A stretch of 64,000 bases of DNA from Lama glama (taxonomy: Eukaryota), in contig CM052818.1 of NCBI GenBank assembly GCA_028534125.1, positions 7,318,001-7,382,000 of the forward strand. Reading direction: 5' to 3'. Both the position numbers and the translations under genes were made by a program. This document shows positions 26,831-40,019 of the stretch, one piece after another; the first letter of the stretch is position 1, and every line of letters begins with the position of its first letter. A model generated the notes under the pieces. That model had not been told where the DNA came from, made no database searches, and saw only the letters and a program-made list of their open reading frames with translations.

Positions 26831-28340
26831 GCATTTATCTACCGTTCACTCATCCAATATCCATCCATTATTTATCATGAACAGCCCCAAACTACATGCT
26901 CCGGATATATTAGTGAGCATGATCAGTCTGGCACCTGCCCTGATGGAAGTGATCATTTAGCAGGAGAGACGGACATTAAACAGGCAAACAAACAAGTAAG
27001 AGATCATTGAGAGGGAGGAGTCAGCGTCTTTAAAATTAAGTTGTTGGGGAAGTTGAAGAGAAGCATTAAACCTGAGTCTTGAGGATGGAAAGAACCAGAA
27101 GGTCTTGATACCCTCCCTTCTGGCTGCGTTTTGTTCTTCTGGAAACGACACAGGGTGTTAAAGAAACTAAAAAAAAAAAATGAAATGATAGAGAATTCTT
27201 ATTTTTTTAGGGGTAGAATCTACCCACTGGAGAAAATGACCTTTGGGTGAATGCTTTAAAAAGCCCCCTGGGAGAGCTAGTACTGGCCAAATTGCTCTGC
27301 ATAAGGAAGGGAATTGAGGAGATGGAAGAAGCAGCCAAGGAGAGAGCTGGAGAGGGCTAGAAGCTAAAGAGGGACTTGGGGAGAAAAAAGTCTAACAGGT
27401 GGTGAAATGTGTGGTGAAATGCTCTTCCTCCCACAGAATGGCCAGTAAAATCTCTTGCTCCCTAATGCTTTCTGGAGTAGGCCTTGGCTTTCTGACAATA
27501 TAACAAAGGAGGGTATGTCCTCCTTCAAGACTGGCTTCAGGTGAACACAAGGCTGTCAGGAGACCAGCCACTTATGGGTTAGACAAACACATGACTAGAA
27601 AGGTGTTAATCATAAAGATAAATAAATGCTTCTGATCACCATTGCAATTCCGAAATGGACAGCTGTGCCCCTCATGCTCACCAGCGGCAACAGCGTTACT
27701 GCTGACAGCTGTGCAGAGGCTGCTGAAGGCCGAGGCCCCGGCAGGTGCTGCAGCAGCTGTCAGCGCCGCTGGCATCTGGCACCGTGCCTGGCACTTAGGA
27801 GAAGCTTAGGGAATGCTGGCTGGAAGCACGACTAAATGCTGCCTGTGCTGCGGCTCCCCTATCCTTCAGGGCTCCAGGGAGGGGGGTTCACGAGGAAGCA
27901 GGGTGTTTATTGAAGCACCTTGTTCTGAGATTCAGGAATGACTCCATTGAACTTGGCCTGGGACAACGTGAGTGACAACACAACTGAGTGCAGAGTTGCC
28001 ACTTTGTTCTGAGGCTTGCCCGCTTTCCTGAAACAAACCACCCTGTGGGCTCTTTCTTCTCCTGGGGTGAGTTCTTTCCCAGGGGTGGGCACCTTGGTCT
28101 CATCCATAAATAGGCCTCCACTAGCCTTCAGAAAGTGCCTAGACTTTCCTGCATTTGAGGGTGAACATGGCTTAGATTCAAACAGGAACTTCTGCTACCT
28201 TCAATATTCCCTGAGGAGCTAGACCAAACATAAGCCCAACAGGGTCCAATGTTCCAGACCTGTGCTGTCCAGTACGGTAGCCACGAGCTACATGTAGCTA
28301 CTTAAAGTTAAGCTAATGAAACTTAAATAAAGTTTATTCT

Positions 28341-28467
28341 TTTTTTAGTTTTTTTGGGGGGGATGGAGGTAATTAGGTTTATTTATTTTTGGAGGTGGTA
28401 CTGGGGACTGAACCCAGGACTTTGTGCATGCTAAGCATGTGCTCTACCACTTGAGCTGTACCCTCCC
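28341..28467 (-). mobile_element. tRNA-Ala-derived SINE (vic-1-like), next to a MER3-like fragment (~28258-28330)
   Basis: Reverse complement GGGTACAGCTCAAGTGGTAGAGCACATGCTTAGCATGCACAAAGTCCTGGGTTCAGTCCCCAGTACC + aaataaacctaattacc tail. Confidence 0.85.
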
Positions 28468-30124
28468 TGCTCCAAGAGTTTTGTAACTAAAGAATATCAG
28501 GTTCCTCCTTGAACTCTTTCTTTGGGAGGCCAGAACTTCCGCTGCTTCACTGAGCTTTGGAAAACACAACACTGGTCTCTCAGAGAGGGAACCTGTGCTT
28601 GGTGTATATCCTGGGGTGTTTGAGGGCAGCACAGAGGGCAAGGGGCATTGGAAGCCCAGCTAGAGTCCTTTAGACCCAGAGGTCCTCCTGGGTCACCCCA
28701 GTGAGCAGCAAGCTGTGTCCTCTGAAACTCCTGCAATGTGCAATGTTCTGCCCACTCAGTCTGGCTCCGTTTATTGACGTTCATCTTCATGTATATTTTA
28801 TATGCACATGACCTGTCTTTCCAGTTAGAGCATAAATTCTTCAAGGGCAGGTGGCATACATCATCCATCTCTTTTAATAACCCACAGAATCTAACATGGT
28901 GCCTTCACTTAAGAGTGATGCTTTCCTGTCCAGCTTCAATCGTATCGGTTATGAGTAATTCTCTCACAGGATGTGAACTAACCCTACAGACAGGCTTTAA
29001 GAGCATTAACTGCTCAAAAGGCCAGAATTTGCCCTTTCAACTTAGCCAGCTGAATTTTAAAAATCATTTACTTAATTTTGAAGCTGAGGTTTGCAAGGGG
29101 ACTCCCAAGTCAGGAATTTACATCACTTACAAAAGCAAAAAGAATGTTAGTTGCCTAAAGAAAAAAACCCCAAACTGTGAGATTCCTCAAATTTGACTTT
29201 GATTGAAGCCTTATAAGAGCAGGCTTATTTCTAACCTCAAATAAAGAGACTGTGGTCTTGTGTTCCATAGTGTATATGCCTGTTTTTATTTTAACTTGAG
29301 GATTTAAAAAATACAGGATAAATGAATGGTTAATTAGAATCCTAGAGTAATAGACCACACGCCTCTATGAAGTCTCATTTTTAAAAATTATTTCTTTTTG
29401 GTAGGTTCTCCATATTTTGTGCATATCATCCTTGTTCACTTTTAAACAACATTAAAAATCATTTTGTGCTGAGTTAAATTTTCATTGCATTGGGAGAAAT
29501 CCATGCTTTGTAATATTGATACAGCTGTAATAATTCAGAGTAAAAAAAATATCCGAGTACATTTTACAAACATCATTCCAAATATTGCCTAATGCACTGC
29601 TAATTTTGGCTAGATTTTAAATAAAATAGTTTTTAATGAAATGATATGAAAAGCGTGTTCCAATGAATTAGACACAGTCTCAAGGATTAGCACCTTTCAT
29701 ACTGTTTCTTTACAAAATCATGACGGATTACTGTAGAAATTGGTACCAGATTATTTTAATTCTGGCCTTACCAGCTGTGAGAAATGTTTTACAACCCATC
29801 ATCACCTCTGGCTCTCCAAACACAATGTCACAAGTGCCATTATTTCCATTTCCCACAGGAGGCCAATGAAGGTTGGGAGATTTAAAGTGCCCACCTGAGC
29901 ACACCCACCAATTCCCGGAGGCCCGGGGCCCTGCCTCCTGCCTGAGCCCGCTCGCAGCCTTGCTGCTTCTCTCCCTCCTGTTCCCAGGCCAAGAGTTCAG
30001 AGAAGCTTTGATTATTTGCTTCTGTCTTTTTAGAATTAATGATAGAATACCAACAGAAAAGGTGTTGCTGGAGTTACTGGCAATTTTTTTTATTTTGCTT
30101 TTCGTTTTTTAAAAATTATTTCAT

Positions 30125-30262
30125 TAAATTTTTTTTAAAATTGAAGCATTGATTTACAATGAGTGTTAGCTTCAGGTGTGCAGCAAAGTGATTCAGTTAC
30201 ACTTATCCATATATACGCACATATATATATTCTTTTTCAGATACTTTTCCATTGTAGGTTGT
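30125..30262 (-). mobile_element. L1 3' fragment
   Basis: attgaagcattgatttacaatgagtgttagcttcaggtgtgcagcaaagtgattcagtt. Confidence 0.7.
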
Positions 30263-31989
30263 ATTGGCAAGTGTCTGTTATTGTTCTTACTCATGAAAAC
30301 TTGGAAGGTCCCCAAAACCCCACATCATCCCCAAGGCCTGTGGTCGGCCTGCCGCTTCCCAGGGCCTATTATTTAAGAACTGTCTGTGTTGTCCTGTCAA
30401 ACAGTGATGCCTCCTTACCTTATTGCCTGCTCACCTCGTCACCATCTTTCCCTGGGAGATGGAAGGGTGTATCAAAGCAAGACTAAGCGTCAGTGGCTAT
30501 TTCTTCCACTTCTCTCTCTCAGTTGAGTATTGCTTCAGCACCTTGTATACACCCATTTTAATTCATTATGAAATACATGCCTTGCAAGACAGTTCTTTGC
30601 TTTTTGTAGGAGCCTTTTTTTTTTTTTAAGGAAAAAAAATCACTGTGAAACTAACATGGTGATTAGGGAGTAAGGCAGGCTTGCTGTGCCGTATACAAAC
30701 TCAGCTGCATTTTCTTGTGAAAGGAAGACCTGAAAATCATTTCCAAAATGCTGTGAGCAGCTCATGTGGGCCATTACGACTTGCCCACTGTCCTCTTTAC
30801 AAGTTATAAGCCACTTTGTGTATTTGCCTTATAGAACAATTAAGTCCCACCCTGGAGATTTTGCAATGAATCAACTAATCGAAATGCTTATCAGTAAGTA
30901 AGGGAGGCTTTCCCTAGAACCTCAATCTATCTCGGAGCATCCACTGCTTAAAATAGGTGTCAGAGTGCTAGTGAGATCCTAAACCAATCCAAATCAGGAG
31001 GATTTTTACAAAACTCGGTTGAAAGTCACTTTCTACAGTGTTTATATTGAGGTAGGGGCGGGAGTGAGGAGAGATTAAATCAGGGATGAAGATAGTGACA
31101 GTTGCAAGGTTATTTTTTGGCAGAGCAGGACGCCCCAGTGTTTTCACAGAAAGATATCCACAAATCCGAATCTCACAGTCTGGCACAATTCAACAGTTTG
31201 ATTCAGTGAATGTTTAAGGAATTCCCAAAGGCAGAGCTGCTTAATTTGGGATCTGGGACTATGGACACAATCCAGGGTGTTTCTTATAAACACAAAGTCC
31301 TGAGACTACTCCAGACCTACTGAAACATAACCACACAGGGTAAGTTTAGACTTCTGCCCCATATGGAGGCTTCCTGGGTGAGAATTAAGCACATTAAGCT
31401 GACACAGCTCAAGAAATACCTGCTGAATGAATGAAGGCCCCAAGTGTTCTGGTACTTGGCGGCTCCAGTTCTAAGTATCTTCCAGACTGTCCCATTCAAT
31501 GTGCTGTCATTGAACAAGTATAAGGTCATGTCCCACAAGGGACCATCCTGTCTAGGCTGGGGGGCAGGGGAAGCTCTCCTCTCTCTGCCCAACAGCCTCA
31601 GCAAATTGTCCTCACCTTGACAGACCTCTCTTTGCCTATACTTCACTGCAAAAGCTGTGAAAAAGACCAGCCTGACAGCTTTGCACCCTTAAAAAGTAAA
31701 AATGAAAAAAAAAAGAGGGAAGGAATTAATAAAACCAACTTAGGTATAGGTAGGACCCTAAATCCAGCATGCGAGTAAATTATGTTAAACCACTCATAAC
31801 TGAAGGTTGGCAAAATTCTACAAGCCATAGTTTGATTTGTAGTCAAAATAGCTAAGGGATCAAGTCTCCTTCTTAATCATTCAAACCACAGGAAAGAGAA
31901 GGCAAGTGAAATGCAGTCTTACTTTTGTATGTGCACTGCGCTAATAAGACTATATGAATGATTTATGAAGAACCCACTGCACACTTTTT

Positions 31990-32372
31990 AGGTGAATAAA
32001 CTGGGACATCTATACAATGGAATACTACTCAGCAATAAAAAAGAAAAATGATACACACAAATGAATCTCAAATGCATTATGCAAGAAGTCAACCTCAAAG
32101 GATTATATACTGCATGATTCTCTGTATATGACATTCAGGAAAAGGCAAAGCTATAGGGAGGGGGAATGGGGCAGTGGTTGCCTGATAAGGGTTAGGAGTG
32201 CAGGATAAGCTTAACTACAAAGGGGTAGCACAAGGGAATTCTTTGGGGTGATGGAAAGACTCTGTATCCTGATTGAGGTGATTGTTACGTGAATCTACGC
32301 ATGTGTTAAAACTCGTAAAACTGCACACCAAGAAAAATGTGAATTTACTGTGCACAAATTATATTTAAAAAA
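31990..32372 (+). mobile_element. Old L1M 3' end
   Basis: atacaatggaatactactcagcaataaaa...ggggtgatggaaagactctgtatcctga. Confidence 0.8.
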
Positions 32373-32596
32373 GAAGCCATTGCACTCACAACATGAACAC
32401 ATTAGGCCTCTGAGTGCCTTGACACACTTACCTTCCTTGGTCAGTTTATTAATGTGGGCAACACACAAACAAGTGGTCTTGGAGTGTGTGTGTAAGTGAG
32501 GGAGGACTGCTCTACCATGTGGTCCAACCTAAGTACATCACACCTGGTATCAAATTTAGCACCTTATAAACTGGAAACCATTTTGTAGAAAACTCC

Positions 32597-32602
32597 TTTA
32601 TT
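32597..32602 (-). terminator. Polyadenylation signal AATAAA (second candidate at 32450-32445)
   Basis: TTTATT on + strand; GT-rich tract (GTTTGTGTGT) further downstream on the minus strand near 32470-32461. Confidence 0.65.
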
Positions 32603-32980
32603 ATAGTGCAAATAACTTTCAGCAGTGACATAATAACGTAAGAACACATTTAGCAACATTTCACACCACGCAGTAAGTAAGAAAGTGTTTCTTTGAAAAT
32701 ATGTCATCATAGGAACATTATTTCTACATTAATAATGTAGCTGGAAAATGCCAAGGCTGTTTCTTTCAAGGCAACAGGGCTCCTTCCCCCCTTTTTGGAC
32801 ATTTTCTTTTTTTAATACAAATGAGGATTTGCCATTTTAACAAATCACTAACAATTCTAAGAGTGATCTCTTAGGAGGTTCTGAACTGAGGTTGGCAAGA
32901 TTTTGAAATGGGGTTTCAAATTAAAAAAGAAATTAAGACAATTCTGGGACATCCCAGAAAGTAGAAGTCACTTCTACTAG

Positions 32981-33117
32981 TTTTTAAGTAGTTATATACA
33001 TTCACTCAAATTTTGATGCAGAAATGGACAGATTGTCTAAAGCCTGTTATTTTTTTAAGTAGTTATATACATTCACTCCAATTTGATGCAGAAATGGACA
33101 GATTGTCTAAAGCCTGT
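32981..33117. repeat. ~70 bp tandem duplication (2 copies) in the 3'UTR
   Basis: tttttaagtagttatatacattcactc...gattgtctaaagcctgt at 32981-33047 and 33052-33117; copies differ by 1 substitution and 1 single-base indel. Confidence 0.95.
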
Positions 33118-35135
33118 CTATTATTCCCCCAGAGCTTGATTGTTATTCATATTTCTTGGTTTTGGTCATATTGCTAAATTAGGGCTCTGGTCAGAAATAA
33201 CACCTTACATACCCAAAAGCTTTTCTGTGAAGCTTAAAATTGCACTTTCCATCCTGAATTCCCACATTAGACCTTACATGCTAATGAGAGGATGTGAACA
33301 TTGTTTCCCGTTTACAACTAATGATTAGTACAGCTGGATTAGTCCCCTGCTAATTTAACTATACCTGAATCAAACCATCACTTCATTTAGATTAGTTTCA
33401 ACAGGCTTAACCAAGAGGTTCCCACTGACCTCGTAAAGAAACAAAGGGTTAACACTGTATCTTTACACTAAGCTGCCTAAGGGCTTGGCTGCTAACCAGT
33501 TAGCTGACAGGTAGAGAGAACAGGGTCAATTTGAAGTTATACTCCCAACTCCTCTAGTTTCTGTTGAATTATGCAATGGGTGGGAATGGATGGCCACTCA
33601 AAGGAGAACTCCTATGGGGGTCTCCCACCATAAGGAGAATCAAAACCCCTGTAAATATATTTCAGGGGGCCCTCTAAGTCTTTCTACAAACACTCCTCAA
33701 AATCTAGTGGCTCTACAAGTTAATCACAGGCTCAAAAATACCCGGAGCCACAGAACAGCCCTCCTGAATATGGCTGGTTTAGTCAGCAGGTACATAAAGC
33801 TTTTCAATGCTCAGCCAGTCTTGTTGGATAAAGCATCTTCTTATATAACACAATGGAACTGTGCTAAACAGTTTCAAAGTTGAGAAGAATCCAAATATAT
33901 CATCTATTAAAAAATGCACGATTTTAGTTTGCTTTTTCTTAGACTTTGGTACTGAAACACTGTCTACATTCTTGACACGTGAAAATGACATGGCCACTTC
34001 AGTGCCTCTGCATGTTGTGTAAAAAAACTCAAAAGCAAAGCAGGACAAGGACGTGTCATAACAAGATGCAGTATGCTATACAAACAAAACCTAAATTATA
34101 TATAAATACACCCCTACCCCAGCACTCCCTCTTCCCCCCAAACTACCTGACCAAAGCAATGCCAAGGGTCCTTCTCTCCAGGGCCAATGCAGTATGTGAA
34201 ATCCAGCACCCAGGACTCCAAACATCCCTTGCCTATGGTGACGTTTAGAGTCCTGCAGGCTTCCCCGGAGACTCCCTGCTGTCTGTCAGTTCTGCAAGTA
34301 CAGGGAAACTCCTACAGCTTAATTGGAAGCATGCACGCTACTGGCTGGACTGAAAGACCTGGAGTCCTGGGAGTTAACCTTTCAGATAACCTAACTGGAT
34401 CATTTCCTAATTTAGATCCCATCTTATCCTAATATCTCAGCAGAGCCAACACAGTAGGAAGCACCCTTAATTCTGAAGCTCCAAAGGCATTGCTAAGGGA
34501 TATTGGTGAGGGTCACATAATAAGTGATAACAGTGAGCTAACAGCTTAAGTTGCTATAAATTATTTCCAAGTAAGTTATTTGGGGCCATTTGCTTCTGCT
34601 TTCCACTGCATTCCAGAATCATTTTCATATGAGACTTTTAAAAGTTTATGTAATAGTCATTTAAAAAATTGTCTATGCAATCACCTCTTATCTGTTTTCA
34701 ATATGCTTAATAACAACTTAATGAGCTATTATGTAGATCTAGGGAAAAGTAGTTAATCAGTCTGAAGGAAGCCAATACTGTGCTAATTCACAGTAAGGAG
34801 AAAAAGCAATGTAAACAGAATTACATAATCATCAAAAACGTGAAAAGCAGTCTTATCGAAACATTGCAAAGTTTTCCCAAAAGCACTTACAGCAATTTGT
34901 ATCAAGAGATCCTAAATTTAGGAGTATGAAGGATAAGACTCAACTGTTTAAGGTAGAAATTCACCTTTTTCATGATTGTAATATGTAATTTCCCCCTCAC
35001 ACCTAAGATAATTGTACATTCAAAAGTTTATAACTTGTTGTTCTTGAGACATTAATCATTCCCTAATACGTACATTGAGTATAAATAAATAACTATAAGA
35101 AAGCTTTAAAAATCTGAATTAACATTATGCTGTGC

Positions 35136-35166
<31 letters not shown>

Positions 35167-35634
35167 CTGGAACAACCTACATTCTATGTTAAATACCCTG
35201 ACTAAAATGTTGGTTGTGCTACACAATTCCACTTCAGTGCAGAAATGAGTTGATTTCGGTGTACCGTCTTTGTTGTTAAGTCTTTAGCACTTTTGTTCTA
35301 AGTATCACCTTGCTTTGAAAAGATGAACAACTTACTACCAAATCACAGATCACCACAAATCCATTTCAGTTTAGTCTGAATAAAATTCAGCATAAATGTA
35401 TTACTTTGTTCCGGGAATAATGGCTCGGTGTCTTTGTTCCGACAGCTTCCTAAGGGCAAATCACCGTTGAAGTCATTTTGGGTTAGAACTGCACAGGAAG
35501 AAGAAACAGTGAAGCCAGCCTTTTCATTTTTGTTTTCCCTTTCAGTCTTCAGGTCTTGCTGGGACACTTCTTCCAGACCAAGGGTCAGACGGCTGTGGCC
35601 CCTGATGCTATCGGAAACAGACGTGGTTTAAACA

Positions 35635-35856
<222 letters not shown>

Positions 35857-35874
35857 TTAAGACAAAGGCAGTAT

Positions 35875-36068
35875 CTTCAGTGGTTCTCAAATGTTGGAGT
35901 GCACTGGGATCATACAGAAAGCTTGTGAGAACACAGATGGCTGGGCTCCACCCCTCAAATTTTCCATTTAGTACGTCTAGGGTAAGGTCAAAGAGTCTGC
36001 TTTTCCACCAAGTTCCAAGGTGATGCTGGTGTTGCTGGAATGAGGGACATACTTTGTGAACCACTACT
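35875..36068. mobile_element. MER5-like DNA transposon in LGALSL intron 4
   Basis: cagtggttctcaaa...ctttgtgaaccact terminal inverted repeats. Confidence 0.75.
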
Positions 36069-37539
36069 CTACACTATTTCATGTCCTTTAAAGATTTAAA
36101 GTTGCTTTAACATTTCTCCCTTCTTCTTGCATGCTAGAAGTGATGTAAAGATTTATTTATATGGCACTTAATGCCTCCACTCTCATCCCCTGAACAATTC
36201 TATTCTACTTTCAGAAAAGCCCCTCACAAGGCAGAACTGGTACCCATTAGTAATGTGTAATAATAGTTTAGACACTCTAGCATGGTGAACACTAAAGCAG
36301 AGAGAAGGTCACACAGTGATTACCCTTCGACCAAGGATGTGTAATTAACAAGGCTTTGTTAAGCCAAACAGAAATACTGATTCCATATGGTAAAAGCTTT
36401 TTCTTCCTCTTTAAGTAATTCACCATAGAGTTTAATCACTGGTTCTGTGCTATGTATTTATTAAAAATATTTGTATTCATCATATAAGGAGAGACTCTGT
36501 ATGTGATATTAGTCACATTTAATTCATATTATTACTAAAATTAATCACCAAGAAGGGTTGATTTTATTTGTTTTGTTGTTGGGGAACATTGTTCCTCTTG
36601 GCAGAAGCTCTGGTTACTCACACTCATGAGCTCTGTATTAAAATTCACAATTAAGAAACTGTCACAGTCCAGGGGAGGCTCAGGGTCATTTCCATTCTAG
36701 AGAAGGAAGGGGAGGGGTGCCTCCCCCAGAGTATGATTAGAAGAGCAATTAGTCTCAATTATATCACTGATGTGAAAGTTGCGGATTCTTATTTTTCCTC
36801 CAGACTGTAAGATGGCAAGGTAAATTATGACTTATTCATAAGGCCATAGTAAATTTCTAGATGAAGAACAACAGGTTAAGGGTAGCTTTGCTTTCTTAGG
36901 CATACATGCAACACAGAGCTTTTAACTGAATTGTCATTACTGTGATGTATGTTAACAAGGTGTAATGCGGACACTTCATCACCAGGTCTGACACGTCAAC
37001 AAATCCTTTCCTAACACATTACTGACCTGCCTGTCTTACTTGGCATGCATTGTCCATCAAAGAGGAAGGTGCTGCTAATACTGCTTGGTTGGAATGAAAG
37101 TCTGAGCTGTGCTTCCTGCCTGCTAGATAGTGGGGAGCAAATCTATACTCATCCAGACCCAAGGGAAGGAATTTGTCAGCCACACGGCCTGTGACAATGA
37201 AATAGCCCGAGGCTACTTAACCCAGAAAGGGAAACAAGGACATGGCCAGGCCTCAATAGCAAATGGAACAAGAGAAAATAAAATGATAATCACTATATTC
37301 TTAAAAAAGACATAACTTACATGGTTTGGTACTACTCAAAGGTTGAGGAGAAAATGAGGAAAATACTAGATACATATTTATTAATCAAATAGATATTTGG
37401 GGACAGGTATCTATTATATGCCTAGTACTATGTTGGATACTACATAGAAATGTATTTACTCTTAACAATCTAGACATGTAAATGTGGGTTTATTTACATG
37501 TATTGGCTAAACAGAGCCAAGAGCTATTATTAATTATTA

Positions 37540-37905
<366 letters not shown>

Positions 37906-38557
37906 TCATTTATTCATGGTTGAATATAACAACATTTAATGATGACCCAGGCTCCCATTCCCTTCTTCTCTGGATTTGTCAGCTTTTAATGGGCCACTAT
38001 TCTTCACATGGGAGGTTAGACTATGGAGAAGTAGGATTACAATCAAACCGTTTTATTTTGTTACCCAGAGGAGGCCCTGGTGAAAACTTCGGTGGAGGAG
38101 AAAATAACTGCAGACATTTCAGATACCCCAACTACCCACACATCTGTGTCTTAATCTATTTCAGAAGTCTCAAAAATAGCCCCATAAATTGATCAGGGTA
38201 AATATTATCTTGTAAAGTTTGGTTCTTACTTATATTGATAGTTCTTACTTCAAGCACCTTAAAAACTGCAAAAACAAAAACAAAAAAACAAACAAAACAC
38301 CAACCAAATCCTTTGGCCTCTTTAAGGGTCAAAGAGAAAATGATGTGGGTCTATATTTATAATCTCTGATATAAATAGCTGTCTAGAGAAATGATGGCTG
38401 GGATTCATACACATTCTTTTCATGGGAACATAGCACTTTCTTGGCACTTCCAACTAGCAACACTGGCCACAGGGGAGGAGGAGCATTATCACAGGAGCAG
38501 GAGTGAGCAAGACCTTGTAACTGCTTGATGGGTCTGGGTGACAAGGACTCTGCCTTA

Positions 38558-38677
<120 letters not shown>

Positions 38678-38745
38678 TTACAGCCTGTTAGGAAGCAGCC
38701 AAATCTTCGGATCCTAAGGACCTGACCCACTAGAAAATGCAATTA

Positions 38746-38871
<126 letters not shown>

Positions 38872-39648
38872 CTAAAAATAGAAGCACACAGATTGGCTTT
38901 CCAAAGGCTTTGGGGGGGCCGCTTGAGGGGAGCGGGAAAGAACCTACACAAATCTGGCGGCACCCAGCCGCCCCCCGCAGAACACAGGCAGCGTCTGCAG
39001 GTGCTGCCGCCTCACAGTACACTGAATAACCGCATAAACCCCCGGAACAAAACCCGTCTTTCTGCCAGGTAGCTAAGCCTCTGATGATCCCCAGACCCTT
39101 CAGATCTAGATCAAAATCAAGGTCGAGGCCCCCTGGGGAGCCAGAGCCCCGCGCCAAAGGAGGGCCGGCCCCTCTCCAACCGTAAACGTGCCCGCAACCG
39201 CGGTCGCCCAGGCCTGTCCTCGCGGACGTGGCTGGAGTGCAGCGGCCGCGCCAACTTCCCTCCAGTGCCCCCTGCGCGGACCCATTTCCTGGGGGGAATT
39301 CCCGGGACGCCGGGGCGGACGCGGGGCGCGCGCCTCCGGACACACACGCGCACACTCACACGTGCAACGTGCACACACTTGGCCGGCGGCAGCACGGCAC
39401 GGAGAGGGCTGTCGGCACCCCCACCCCACCGGCCGCCCGAAAACACCTCTCCTCAGCCAGCGGCCCTCCAGCGGGGGCTCCCCTCCGGCCCCCCACGCCA
39501 GCCGCGCACAGCCGGCTCCGGCTACCAGGTACTGGGGCGCCTTTTCACGCGGTGGGGCGCGGGGCTGGGCCTCGGCCGGGCGGGAGCCGGCGGCGGGGCC
39601 GTGCCGGCCCCGGGAAAGGGGCGCCTCGCGTGTGCCCGCCGCACTCAC

Positions 39649-39684
39649 CACCGCGGCATCGCTGTCGGCCACCGACCCCGCCAT
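39649..39684 (-). CDS. LGALSL: LGALSL coding exon 1 (MAGSVADSDAAV)
   Basis: ATG in strong Kozak context (AAGATGG); 36 nt followed by donor GTGAGT; phase 0. Confidence 0.96.
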
Positions 39685-40019
39685 CTTCTCGCGCAGCGCG
39701 GCGGGGTGCGCGGCTGGCGGCCCGGCGGCGGGGGACGCGGGACGCCGCGCGCGGGCGGGATCCTGGGGCGGTCCTGCGCCGGGCGGGGGCGCGGGTCCGA
39801 GCCCGGCTCGGGCGCGCACACACGAGCGGGCACGCGCTCGCGCTCGCCCGGGGGCCCGGCGCCGACCGGACCGGCGGGGCCCGGGGGAGGGGGCGGCTGT
39901 GGAGGCGGCGCGGGCCCGGAGGTCGGAGGCGGCCGCTGCAGCCTGAGCCGCGCTGCCGAATCGAGGCTGCTTTCTTTCTCCGGGTGCTGTTGCCGCCGTC
40001 CGAGGAACAAGGTGGCGAG

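Larger units (their letters stand above)
32580..35634 (-). other. LGALSL: LGALSL 3'UTR (~3 kb)
   Basis: AT-rich stretch with no recognisable interspersed repeat, running from the stop codon to the first canonical AATAAA I found on the minus strand. Confidence 0.7.

Noticed and set aside
32942..32978. Roquin constitutive decay element call for the stacked hairpins
   Set aside because: Loops are AUGU and UGA, not the pyrimidine-purine-pyrimidine triloop; kept only as unassigned hairpins.
39685..39819. In-frame GTG-initiated N-terminal extension of LGALSL
   Set aside because: Poor Kozak context (T at -3, C at +4). The 5' region is stop-free in all three minus frames simply because of GC content, and the ATG has an optimal context.
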